Part shown: positions 11,207 to 21,147 of the stretch, piece by piece
Layout: the number at the start of each line of letters is the position of its first letter
Numbering within the stretch: the first letter of the stretch is position 1
Origin: Candidatus Bathyarchaeota archaeon
Lineage (GTDB): Archaea; Thermoproteota; Bathyarchaeia; Bathyarchaeales; Bathycorpusculaceae
NCBI GenBank assembly: GCA_963767735.1
Contig: CAVYES010000004.1
Span: 320,001-384,000 of the forward strand
Reading direction: 5' to 3'
Length of the DNA stretch: 64,000 nt
The notes under the pieces: generated by a model
Seen by the model: the letters and a program-made list of their open reading frames with translations, nothing else
What the model was told of the DNA's origin: nothing
Databases searched by the model: none
Program-made: the position numbers and the translations under genes

Positions 11207-11803
11207 TTGGTTAGTGATCTTCAGATGCAAAAAGGGATTAGGAAACACGCATGGCGTTACGTAATAGTGGCAGTTCTTATCGCTGTAGTGTTGGTTTCGC
11301 TTTACTATCAATTTGGCTACCTGCCTCAGAAGCAAAGCGGAACGTCTTCCAAGGAAACCGTTGGTTCAGATGGGGGTCCTAACATCGCTAGTTCGACTCC
11401 TGCCGTCTTCGCGACGTTGTCTTTTTCGAACGAGACTGGTTTCGAGACGACTGTCTATCCGACTTCAGGAACGATTGAATTTGTTCTGTCGCCGAACAGC
11501 GTGGGTGAATTTACGGTCACGTACACGGGAATCGCCTCCAACGATTTGACGATGTCTTTCTTCACGAATCCAGTTTCCGTGTCGAATGGCACGCTTGGAA
11601 CTGGCTCAGGATTGAGTGTTACTGAATCAAGCATAACAAGGGTAAGCATGTATCAAGTGGTTGTTAACTATACTGTCACTTCGGGAGGGTCAGATGGGCT
11701 ATACGTGCTTGGACTGCCTTCAACGTTTCTCAGCACCATTGTTGACGTTGGAACCCAACCCTACACTGGACCTCTAACATGGCTTAACGGAACTTTTAGT
11801 TAA
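11207..11803 (+). CDS. Single-pass membrane-anchored Ser/Thr-rich protein
   Basis: N-terminal TM followed by a beta-rich domain. Confidence 0.7.
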   Translation: MVSDLQMQKGIRKHAWRYVIVAVLIAVVLVSLYYQFGYLPQKQSGTSSKETVGSDGGPNIASSTPAVFATLSFSNETGFETTVYPTSGTIEFVLSPNSVGEFTVTYTGIASNDLTMSFFTNPVSVSNGTLGTGSGLSVTESSITRVSMYQVVVNYTVTSGGSDGLYVLGLPSTFLSTIVDVGTQPYTGPLTWLNGTFS

Positions 11804-12019
11804 CGCACGCCGAGTGCTACTCAGGCCCTATTTTACGTATTGAAGAATAATCGCTATCGTTGATTACTTACAAAGTTTTGGGCCGCATGGTCCCCCTTCG
11901 GAACCAAACATGACCGAATAGGACATCGAAAGCCCTGTTCTAAAGCATGGTGTTAAATATGGCTAAAGGTTGTAGTTTTACAAAGAAGAAATAATGGGTT
12001 GATTCGCTGAAAGCTTAAA

Positions 12020-12555
12020 GTGAGTTCGATGAGAGTCGGCGCAATAATAATCATTGTTTTAATAGTGATTGCGTCTGTATTGGTCGTTGTGTTAGAAATA
12101 AATCTTAAGAAACCAACTTCAAACGGAATCCCAGGGCTTCCTTCAAGCTATGTACTGCTAGACAGCCCCCAGGATACTTTAATGGAACTAAGCTCTTTCT
12201 GGTTTCAGCCAAATACATGTATGGAACGCATAATGGGCAAGCATGTTTTATAATATATGCCACGGTTAGAAATGACTATACCGCACAACAACCGCCTCCA
12301 ATGGATAACTTCGGTAGTAACAGTTCAGGCACTGTTTATTTTGGCTTGACAGCAAAGCTTTACGGTCAGAATGGGCTGATTGCGACAAGGGATGTGACGA
12401 GCCCTGGGTCAGAGCCATTGGGGGTTCCTGAAATCGGTCTGGACAGCGGTCAAACTTATACATACCAGATAGATATGGCTACCTCAAACGCACAAGCTAA
12501 TGTTGACAACTACAGCATTATCCTTATTGACATAGCGGGTTATCCTATCCCATGA
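12020..12555 (+). pseudogene. Paralog of 3001-3522 split by a frameshift in a C5 tract (12166-12170)
   Basis: Adding one C gives DSPPGYFNGTKLFLVSAKYMYG...CFIIYATVRNDYTAQQPPP, collinear with the intact paralog. Confidence 0.75.
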
Positions 12556-13844
12556 GCAAATCAAATTGGTGCTTTATGCATATGAACAGATTACTAAGGG
12601 TCAGATGCATTCTTCTCGCAATCTTCTTTTTGTTTTGTGTTATTGCATTATTGTATCTGCCAGTTCGAGCGCAGACAGTGACTGCGACAATACCCGTTGG
12701 AAAGGCTCCTTTTGGCGTGGCTTTCACACCCAACGGAGCATACGCCTATGTTACAAATCAAATCAGCGGCACCGTGTCAGTCATAAACACAGCTACGAAT
12801 ACGGTGACAGCTACGGTAACTTTGGGCAGCTTCCCCTATGCTGTAGCTGTTACTCCTAACGGTGCATACACCTATGTTACAAATGTCGGCAATAACACGG
12901 TCTCAGTGATAAGCACCGCTACGAACACGCTGGCAGCAACAATAACCGTTGGAAACGACCCTACAGGCGTAGCTGTTACGCCCAACGGCAAACTTGTCTA
13001 TGTCGCAAATGAGGACGCATTGAGTAACAACAATTCGGTCTCGGTGATAAGCACAGCTACAAACACGGTAACGGCAACAATATCCGTTGGAAGAAGTACT
13101 TCCAGCGTAGCTGTTACACCTAACGGTAAATATGCCTATGTTACAAGTTACTCCAACGGTTCGGTATCGGTGATAAACACGGCTACGAATACGGTGACTG
13201 CTACGATTCCCGTTGGACCCTCGCCTTTGAGTGTAGCTATATCCCCAAACGGCAAATACGCCTATGTTACTCACGACATTGCAATCGTCGATTATGTCTC
13301 GGTGATAAGTACGGCTACGAACGCTGAGACAGCAGAGGTAACCGTTGGAGGAAACGACACACAATATGTAGCTTTTACACCCAACGATGAATATGCGTAC
13401 GTCACAGTTTTGCCAGCTGTGCCAGAAATGCCAGCATTTGCAACTTTTGGCAACGGTACAGTTTCGGTTATAAACACAGCCACGAATACCTTGACGGCGA
13501 ACCTATCAATTTTAGGCGAGCCTCTTGGTTTGGCCATTTCGCCCAATGGTGGATACGCCTATGTTACAAGCATGGCAAACGGCGGTGGCGGCACAGTCTC
13601 GGTGGTCAGCACACCCGCCCCAACTGCTGTTCAAGAGTTTCCTGCCCAATCATTTATAATTACGGTGGTTGTGTTTATGATAATATTCTTGTCTGTGGTA
13701 ATTATTGCACAGAAGAGAATAACCCATAAAATCCAACTTGGCCAGAATTCTTTAAACTGTCTTTTAGAACAGCGTTTCCATCATAGACATAATATTCACT
13801 TGCTTGTCCAGAAAACTGGATTTAGATTTTTGTCGCTATTTTGA
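12552..13844 (+). CDS. YVTN/YncE-family beta-propeller surface protein
   Basis: Seven repeats of VAVTPNGxYAYVTN...VSVIxTATNTV; signal peptide; VQEFP + TM. Confidence 0.9.
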   Translation: MSKSNWCFMHMNRLLRVRCILLAIFFLFCVIALLYLPVRAQTVTATIPVGKAPFGVAFTPNGAYAYVTNQISGTVSVINTATNTVTATVTLGSFPYAVAVTPNGAYTYVTNVGNNTVSVISTATNTLAATITVGNDPTGVAVTPNGKLVYVANEDALSNNNSVSVISTATNTVTATISVGRSTSSVAVTPNGKYAYVTSYSNGSVSVINTATNTVTATIPVGPSPLSVAISPNGKYAYVTHDIAIVDYVSVISTATNAETAEVTVGGNDTQYVAFTPNDEYAYVTVLPAVPEMPAFATFGNGTVSVINTATNTLTANLSILGEPLGLAISPNGGYAYVTSMANGGGGTVSVVSTPAPTAVQEFPAQSFIITVVVFMIIFLSVVIIAQKRITHKIQLGQNSLNCLLEQRFHHRHNIHLLVQKTGFRFLSLF

Positions 13845-13947
13845 CAAATTATAAAAAGAAAGCAAGAAATCTTAACCGTTGGTTACTTTGTGAGGTCACA
13901 TAAAAATTTTTTAAAAAAGATAAGAGAAAAAGTTGCTGCAGTATCGG

Positions 13948-15501
13948 CTATATTGTTTGATTCCAATAGTAAACATCTTTGTATCGCCCCGCAACTGGGT
14001 AGGCGGGATCCTCGTAAACAATGTCCAATTTGGAGCCGTATTTGGCAAGAGACGCCTGTATGGCATTCCAAACCTGTTGCGAACTGTTGTCGGCTTGCCA
14101 CAAACCCCAAATAGTGTCGCTTTGGCTTCTCAGACCCGAACCGTAATCGTTAGGCAAAACTAACGCGTCCTGGCCTGTTACATTGTTGGTTACTTTGGGA
14201 TTTTGCACAACATCCGTCCAGAACTTTTGAATTGAGGCAAACTGCTCGTCTTGCAAAAGTCCCGTGCCATTGCCGCTTGGCGAGTAGTTAAACACGACAG
14301 CGTAGTTAGCGCCATCTTCGTACGCCTGTCGCATCTCATTGTACATCTGCGTGCCGTTTTGCAGGGTAATCGACGAACGATTAGCCCATTCAATCATTAC
14401 GCCCCAATTCTTATCCTGCATGTCGGCGGCACCCCTAACTAAAGCTAAAGTCTGGGCGTCGGTTTGCGTTCCAAATAACTCGGCAAAAACAGTGTTGTAA
14501 CCGCCCAAGTAGTCAAACCAGTAAAGACCATAGTCTGAAGTGAAAAGTTTCACGTCTGATTGGTTACCGATTGAGCTTAGGGTTTGATGCTCTGTGCCCA
14601 CAAACACATTTGCCGCTTCAGAGTAAGTTTGAATGGGGTCTGTGTTCCAAAGCTGTGAGTAGGGTTCAAACTGGGAAATATTGCCTGGGTCGCTTATAGG
14701 TTGGTTAAAATTTGTGACGTAAGTGGCGTTTGGGTACCCAGTCATTACGGTTTCGGTTCCGTTGATGACTTCCCCATTCGGTTGGTAAGTTATCTGATCT
14801 TCGTAAACAAATACATGCGTGCCGTTAGGGTAGGTTGAAGTTTCATCTGGTGAACTGGTGATTGTGCCGTTTGGATAGTAATTGATAGAAGCGTTCTTGG
14901 TGACAGTTACGTTGCTGATGCCGTTGACTGTCTCGTTAGTGGTTGAATCAATCGAAGTATATATTTGTCCTGAAGGCCAGAACTCCACGAAGTCGCTAGA
15001 ATTGTCGTAATTAACCGTTAAGGGCGCACCTATTTGCTGCTTTGTTATCATCTCGTTGTTGACGTAAAGGTTTACGAAGGAATCAAGCATTTTCCCGCCT
15101 GGCTCGTCGTCATAGTATATTCCTAAGAAGTGGCTACCCCAACTTGCCTGAGCACTTTCAATGAAAGAAGGCACGTTGATTGTGGGGATGCCATTGGCGA
15201 AGTACACTATAATGTTTAATCCCGCGTTGACAGCGTAACTGCATATCTGGTTCAATGCGGTGCCGTTATCCATTAAGGGCCCAGATGTCACTACAAAAAG
15301 ATTAGTGTAATTCTTGACCTTGTCAATCAGCTGCTCGGCTTCAGTGACGTTATCGCCACCGTAAGTGACACCGACGTAAAACGGCTTCTTACTAGCCACC
15401 TGACCTGAAGAGTGATCGTAGCTTTCTATGGCAACAAACGCCGAAACAACAATGACCACGATTAAACCAAGAGACAAGACTATTGCCAAGCCCTTTTTCA
15501 T
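13948..15501 (-). CDS. Secreted/anchored putative glycoside-hydrolase-like protein (paralog of 5084-6433)
   Basis: N-terminal TM; GIYYDDEPGGKMLD, FTSDYGLYWFDY, VRGAA, DALVLPNDYG motifs. Confidence 0.75.
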   Translation of the reverse strand: MKKGLAIVLSLGLIVVIVVSAFVAIESYDHSSGQVASKKPFYVGVTYGGDNVTEAEQLIDKVKNYTNLFVVTSGPLMDNGTALNQICSYAVNAGLNIIVYFANGIPTINVPSFIESAQASWGSHFLGIYYDDEPGGKMLDSFVNLYVNNEMITKQQIGAPLTVNYDNSSDFVEFWPSGQIYTSIDSTTNETVNGISNVTVTKNASINYYPNGTITSSPDETSTYPNGTHVFVYEDQITYQPNGEVINGTETVMTGYPNATYVTNFNQPISDPGNISQFEPYSQLWNTDPIQTYSEAANVFVGTEHQTLSSIGNQSDVKLFTSDYGLYWFDYLGGYNTVFAELFGTQTDAQTLALVRGAADMQDKNWGVMIEWANRSSITLQNGTQMYNEMRQAYEDGANYAVVFNYSPSGNGTGLLQDEQFASIQKFWTDVVQNPKVTNNVTGQDALVLPNDYGSGLRSQSDTIWGLWQADNSSQQVWNAIQASLAKYGSKLDIVYEDPAYPVAGRYKDVYYWNQTI

Positions 15502-16024
15502 GTCAAGACCTCATCTTTACATGCGACACTATCACTCGAATTTTCTGCCTATTTCCTTCTGTAACGCGAGTTTAAATGCTTTGGGATGTAGTGGGTTCGC
15601 CTTAACAAACTTCATTTGTTGCTTTCAAAACGAAAGATAGCTTAGGGTTACTTGCGTATTCACAGTCTTCTGTGATGGGGAAATGTTATTGACTTATCTA
15701 AAAATTAATTTTTTCCTTAGATTTGGTTCTGCTTATTTCTGGCGGATTGTACCATTTCCAAATTTTATCCGCTAAGTCCTCGGAATATCCAGAATTGGCA
15801 AGACCCTCTTTAACGAGCGTTCCGAAGGCGCGTTCTGCTTTTTGCCGTTCTTTCGCCGCATAGCGTTTCCAAAGTTAGGGCTAAAAATAAACATTGTGAA
15901 CGGCTAATCTTATCAGTAGATACGTACAACATAAATACATAAAAGATAGTCGCCGAACCCGGTTGGATGGGGGTAATCATTAAGTGAATAAATGGAAAAG
16001 GAGAATGCTTTTCCCATTTCTCAC

Positions 16025-16183
16025 TTAGTTGTTGTTTATCTTAGAGGGAGGCTGCATTTTTGCTCGCAAAGTTCGTTTGCCACAGCAAGTCCACCTGAAC
16101 GTTTGCCGATGACAACTTGAGCAGAATCGCAAGTGGTCTGCGAACTCTGGATTCTTCAAACCCTTCTTGGCGAACTTACTCAT
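16025..16183 (-). CDS. 52-aa zinc-ribbon micro-protein (not in ORF track)
   Basis: MSKFAKKGLKNPEFADHLRFCSSCHRQTFRWTCCGKRTLRAKMQPPSKINNN; GGTGA SD-like element 6 nt before the ATG. Confidence 0.6.
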   Translation of the reverse strand: MSKFAKKGLKNPEFADHLRFCSSCHRQTFRWTCCGKRTLRAKMQPPSKINNN

Positions 16184-16234
16184 GTACTTCACCCCACCGT
16201 TTGGTGCTTATACTTCCGTTCCGTTAGTCAACCT

Positions 16235-17062
16235 CTAAATAGGAAATAAGGACAAAAATACCGCGATTGCCAAGAGCAGTGTGAATAGAGTCGGAAGCAA
16301 GAATGGTCGCTTCTTTATACTCACCGAAAATACACCAGCCCAACCTAACGCTAAACAAACAATTCCTACGGGATATAATACCCAGGAAAACAGCACCACG
16401 GGATTACTAAGTTGAACCAGTAAGGAGGAAGAAGTAAAACTCGAAGGAAATAAGTGAAGTGAGGAAATAAGGGCACTAGCCAAGCCCATGGCCGAGCCGA
16501 TGGCAATAGCATAATACGACTTTTTGAGTAAGCTGGTCAACGCTGACCATTTAGGAAGACCCAGAAATACCATTAATCCACCTGCAAATGCTGCAAACGA
16601 AAAATACACAGCATAAGGCGCAATTAGCGAATCGTATTGTATTATAGTTATTTTCTCTTCCTCAAACACCAAAAAGATGTTGAAGAATATACTAAGAGCT
16701 AACAATGTTAATCCAGCTATCAAGCAGGGTCTTCTTAGTTTAATAGGATCAGATTGTGTAGAATGCGCATTCAATGTCATACCAACCACTGCAAAAGTGA
16801 TTCCGACAACAAATATTAGTGGAAATAACTGTTGGCTGTTAAAAAGAAAACTGGAGCCAGAAGCATATGCTAACCCGTGATAAAGATATAAAACCATTAG
16901 AAAAACCCCGACACCTGATAGTAATACACCGCTAGCGCGGAAAAATATAGGAGCTAACGGGGTTGGGCGCGACAGATTTGCTTTGACTGTTTTTTCGGGT
17001 CGTTGAGGCTCTTGAGGAAGCCAGCCTCGAATACGGTCTCTCAAGTAATTTATCACGTTCAT
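16235..17062 (-). CDS. Polytopic membrane protein with N-terminal 'RIRGWLPQEP' motif
   Basis: ~7 hydrophobic helices; ATGA overlap with the upstream HTH gene. Confidence 0.8.
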   Translation of the reverse strand: MNVINYLRDRIRGWLPQEPQRPEKTVKANLSRPTPLAPIFFRASGVLLSGVGVFLMVLYLYHGLAYASGSSFLFNSQQLFPLIFVVGITFAVVGMTLNAHSTQSDPIKLRRPCLIAGLTLLALSIFFNIFLVFEEEKITIIQYDSLIAPYAVYFSFAAFAGGLMVFLGLPKWSALTSLLKKSYYAIAIGSAMGLASALISSLHLFPSSFTSSSLLVQLSNPVVLFSWVLYPVGIVCLALGWAGVFSVSIKKRPFLLPTLFTLLLAIAVFLSLFPI

Positions 17063-17547
17063 GTTTTTATCTCCGGAATTAGTTTACAAAAAATTTCGTG
17101 AGCCAACTTGGCAGGGTGAATTGATGCCGCTTTAGGTATTTCTATGCCTTTTTCTTTGGCGAGGTCGAGCAGGTAGGTTTGGGTTTGTTTTAGGAATTGT
17201 GTGTTTGTGACTTCTTCGGGGTTGTCGTGCCAGTACCAGACCTTTACACCGTTGTTGGTGGTATAGGTGATTATGGCTTTGCGTTTAAGATCGGGGTGGT
17301 AACCCAATAGTATGCCTTCTTTGGGGTATAATTTTATGATTTGGAGGTCGTTGGCTTGGGCGATGTCTAAGAGGGTTGTGGATAGTTTGGCTTCTGCGAC
17401 TAGTTTAGTTTGGTTAACGAATTGGCGGGTGGTGTTTAGTTTTTCCGCGATGGTGACGACGGAGAAGCCTTTGCTTATCAGTGCCCAGACGGCTTTTTGT
17501 TTTTGGCTAAGTGGGGCTGTTAAGGTGCAGTTTGGTCGCATACACAT
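17059..17547 (-). CDS. LuxR/sigma-region-4-like HTH regulator
   Basis: LSQKQKAVWALISKGFSVVTIAEKLNTTRQFVNQ HTH pattern. Confidence 0.7.
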   Translation of the reverse strand: MCMRPNCTLTAPLSQKQKAVWALISKGFSVVTIAEKLNTTRQFVNQTKLVAEAKLSTTLLDIAQANDLQIIKLYPKEGILLGYHPDLKRKAIITYTTNNGVKVWYWHDNPEEVTNTQFLKQTQTYLLDLAKEKGIEIPKAASIHPAKLAHEIFCKLIPEIKT

Positions 17548-17551
17548 TCAA

Positions 17552-17571
17552 GTAAACACTTAAGTATTTAC
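17552..17571. promoter_or_regulatory. Operator-like palindrome GTAAACACTTAAGTATTTAC
   Basis: 20-bp near-perfect inverted repeat directly upstream of the HTH gene start. Confidence 0.55.
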
Positions 17572-17780
17572 AAATATTTAAGATTTACCATCCGTAACAC
17601 CGCGCTAAAGTTATCCCACGTGTAAGGATAAGAAGCAGGGCGCCAACGAGTACTAACCCCGCCGTAATCTATGAACAGAATCGCGTGTTCGTTGAGGAAA
17701 CGAAGAATTTACCCGCTTTTTGTGTCAAGAAATCTTTACGAATAGATTTTTATTCTAAAAGGGACAAAACAAGTGCCAAC

Positions 17781-18611
17781 ATGAAACTACCGAAAATCAA
17801 CGCTCAATTTACAACAGCTGGAGTAGTTCTCATTATATTCGGGACTCTGTTTCTGCTTGAAGCATTAGAGCCAAAATTTGAACCCTATAACTTATTTTCT
17901 GCATTTTTAATGTACTTCGGAAGTCTAATTTGTATTGCAATAGGTAGCTTACTTATTGCTCTGAGCTTTACAGCTATAACAAACACTATAAAGAAAACTT
18001 TACTAAAAAGTGACGAAATAAGTGAGTGGCTTAAAGGAGCTATCTTTCTTAATATTCTATTGTTTGTTCTCTACATATCGTTTGATGCTTTGGCATGGTT
18101 TAACATGGGAGGTATAATTTCGTTTAGTGGATACAATCCAACATACAACTTTTTGACAAATACCTTTTACATATTCCCTTTATCAGGTGCTGGTACTGGC
18201 ACTTTCTTTTTCCAAAATACGCCTTTATGCTTTTTCTTAGTAGCATCCATTGTAAGCATTGTTTTCATCTGTATAATGATGCAAAAAAGCAAAAACAAGA
18301 GTAATAACTACCCGAGAAGTGTTTGGTTGAATGTACCTATGGCTGTTTTGCTTAACGTTCTTTGGATAATTACGTACATGGGGTTGGATGATTTCGTATG
18401 GTATAACATGACAAACGGACACACAATAAATTCACATTATGGTTTATGGGTAAGCTCCTTCACAATAAATTATGGAAATACTCTAACCTACACCAATATA
18501 CCTTTACTAATTTTTGTTTTAACATTAATCCTGAATGGGTTGATAGTGATTAAAGCCAACAAGCAGTTTAGCATCAACGGTTTTAAGACCTTTTCTAAAA
18601 AACCAGATTAA
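17781..18611 (+). CDS. Polytopic membrane protein
   Basis: ATG 17781; ~6 TM helices with an internal repeat (LNIL/LNVL...N(T/I)PL). Confidence 0.75.
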   Translation: MKLPKINAQFTTAGVVLIIFGTLFLLEALEPKFEPYNLFSAFLMYFGSLICIAIGSLLIALSFTAITNTIKKTLLKSDEISEWLKGAIFLNILLFVLYISFDALAWFNMGGIISFSGYNPTYNFLTNTFYIFPLSGAGTGTFFFQNTPLCFFLVASIVSIVFICIMMQKSKNKSNNYPRSVWLNVPMAVLLNVLWIITYMGLDDFVWYNMTNGHTINSHYGLWVSSFTINYGNTLTYTNIPLLIFVLTLILNGLIVIKANKQFSINGFKTFSKKPD

Positions 18612-18808
18612 GAACACATTTTAGCTGGTCTCCTTATTCTGGGGATTGGTTTTGGAAGTAACGATCCTTTTTTGGCGTCCACCAGGCAAAACCCAATATG
18701 TGAATTCGATAAGCTGCGTTAGAATCCTCGCTTGCCTCCCCATGCAATCTTTTATCCTTCTTCTGATTTATATCATCTTAAAACCGATGACTTAGACGGT
18801 GGAACAAT

Positions 18809-19225
18809 ATGAGTGAGAATTTGCCTTCCGAAGAAAAAGCAAAACGAATTGACAAACTTTGGATCAGGTTTGGCGGTTTTGGCTTGGGATATCACACCAT
18901 CTGTAAGTGACCGTGTTCGATTTATTATGGTCAATACCTTCTTCAAAATGCCTCCAGAAATCGTTGAATGGGCGTGGCTTCATCTGATCTTCGTTTCTTC
19001 AAGTGAGAGCTTCATAGATTTACTTTGCCAAAACAAGTTTCTTTGGGCGACATAGAAGGCGTTATTTTTCTCTCGGATTATTTTCTAGACGAACCCGAAA
19101 AAACGCAGTCTTTCATAATTGCACACGAAATGGCAAATGTTAAACTCAGGCATAAACCAGGTTGCCTCGTCGGATTATCTCCGAAGGAAGAAAAAAAGCA
19201 AGAAGAGGAAGCAGATGCTAGCTAA
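18809..19225 (+). pseudogene. Degraded HExxH metalloprotease-like gene
   Basis: Fragments in three frames; FIIAHEMANVKLRH resembles HEIAHxxLxH with the second His lost; ends EEEAD-stop. Confidence 0.5.
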
Positions 19226-19648
19226 GAAATGGCTTTCCAAAAAATGATGACTCGTTAATTTCCTTCATTTAACCGAGGAATCCAGTCTGGTCAATGCGCG
19301 GAGAACATCTAAAGATCGTGTAAAGACACACATTGTCTTTGTTGTGGCGAGGTCAAAGTGAAAGGATAGGTAAAGTGGCGTCTGGTCCATTGTTTACTTG
19401 GTCACCCAAAAAGCGATTATTACTGCCTGCCGTGCGGTAGCATCGTGAAGCAGAGTAAGTCTTTCGAGAAAGCTACTCTACCGTTAAATTTAGTCCTCTT
19501 CCAAATGGAAGATTACTAAGTGGCGATTTCTCCCACAACAACTAAAACCATCCTTTTTCTTTTTTGGGCTTTCGTTACAGAAACCGAATCCTTGACATTG
19601 AGTTTATCACCAAGCAGAGAGAGGGTACCCATAGTCATGGGGAAAGGT

Positions 19649-20947
19649 CTATTGAGATGGTTTAGCGGTTTTTCGATGCTTTTTATGATACAATACAGTA
19701 AGGCTTACTCCGACAGCAATTATTATTATAATTACAAGAACCGCTATCACGAATTCAGAGGAAAAAGGCTCTGGCTTGGCAACGTTAAAATCGATAGTTT
19801 TGGAAATCCCGATTATACCAAACGTGCTGTTAGCGTAAACTGAAATGCTGTGTGAGCCGTAAGCGATGTTCGGGATAGTAGTGTTGCCGTTGATTGTGAC
19901 ATTACTTTGTCCATCAAGACTGTAGCCTATCCAATCAAACGGCTTATCAACTGAGAACACTAAGGAAACGTTAGAGTTGTCATACACTTTGTGTAATGGC
20001 GACGTAACTGAAACTTTAGGCGGAATTATTTCCTGCTCATAGTTTGCAAGAAAAGACGAATTAAACGGTCGAATAAGCGGATAACGGTCTATGTTCTTTG
20101 AATCTAACACGTATGGGCTATCACTTATTCCAGTGTTGTCTATTTCTTTTCCAGTCTGTACTCCCCAATAGTTTCCACCAGCAGGAAAGCCATCATCCCA
20201 AACGTTAGCGGAATTAGGAGTGTAAGGAGTCCCACCCCAATCGCCATTACTAGCCGCCGTTCCATACACTAAATTGTCTATGATGTTGTTATGATAAATA
20301 GTGTTATTAGAAGCGTCACAAAACCAAATTCCAATGCTTCCAAGATCGTCTTGACTTGCGTTATCCACGATGTTATTATTAATAATCAAGTTTTTTTGCG
20401 TATTGTCAAAATACAGTCCAGTAGCATCATTCAAGATTAGATTTCCAGTTATAACGTTTGAACTTCCCCCTTCAACATCAATACCATGGAATCCCACACC
20501 GTTCAATTCCCAAATGCTCCAAATATTGAAAATAGTATTGTTTACAATCATAACATTTGAAGTATTGGATAACAGAATACCGTCCTCAGCACTACCATCC
20601 TCAGGGTAGCCAACATTAGCACCAAACTGATTTCCTGTAATGACAAAGCCATTTACCGTTATGTTTGAAACTTCATATAACAAAAGCCCATTGGATAAGC
20701 TAAATCCGTTTCCATTAAGTACAATGTTGCTTCTATTCACAGTTATGCTTCCGTCTATGTTACTCGTCAAATTACAGGTGTTTCCTGAAGGAGTTATTGG
20801 TGCTGATGTTGGAGTTATGGTTCCGTCAGCATTTATTGTAATATTGCCTTGATATTGAGCCTTAACAGGTTGTAGGTAGAATATGCTTGAAGCTATCAGG
20901 CACAGAAGGATCAAGCCGAATGTGATTATAGCTTTACCTTTTGCCAT
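19649..20947 (-). CDS. NosD/CASH right-handed beta-helix surface protein with C-terminal anchor
   Basis: Asn-ladder repeats, NVWDDGFPAGGNYW, DRYPL, YSLDG Ig domain, KPEPF + TM. Confidence 0.85.
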   Translation of the reverse strand: MAKGKAIITFGLILLCLIASSIFYLQPVKAQYQGNITINADGTITPTSAPITPSGNTCNLTSNIDGSITVNRSNIVLNGNGFSLSNGLLLYEVSNITVNGFVITGNQFGANVGYPEDGSAEDGILLSNTSNVMIVNNTIFNIWSIWELNGVGFHGIDVEGGSSNVITGNLILNDATGLYFDNTQKNLIINNNIVDNASQDDLGSIGIWFCDASNNTIYHNNIIDNLVYGTAASNGDWGGTPYTPNSANVWDDGFPAGGNYWGVQTGKEIDNTGISDSPYVLDSKNIDRYPLIRPFNSSFLANYEQEIIPPKVSVTSPLHKVYDNSNVSLVFSVDKPFDWIGYSLDGQSNVTINGNTTIPNIAYGSHSISVYANSTFGIIGISKTIDFNVAKPEPFSSEFVIAVLVIIIIIAVGVSLTVLYHKKHRKTAKPSQ

Positions 20948-21147
20948 AATTCTACATTCAAGTTGTTCGCAAATAAAAGCGTTCTTGTATAGATTCCTTG
21001 ACTCGGTTAAGTAAGTTTCTGGACCAAACCTAAGGTACACAGCTATTATCAGGTGGTACTTTCATTTGCAAACTTACCTCGCCAGCTAACCGCTATCAAA
21101 CATGAGGTTGATGGCGGTATCAAAGATGTTTATCCACCCTTTGTTGA

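Noticed and set aside
12680-13600. Regular ~125-bp DNA repeats (also 44380-45280 and 61780-62650) that could resemble a CRISPR array
   Set aside because: They are in-frame YVTN and Kelch coding repeats with synonymous variation; no identical repeats with unique spacers and no cas genes
89-21100. Classical integron attC cassettes
   Set aside because: No consistent RYYYAAC...GTTRRRY hairpins, genes in mixed orientation and no integrase
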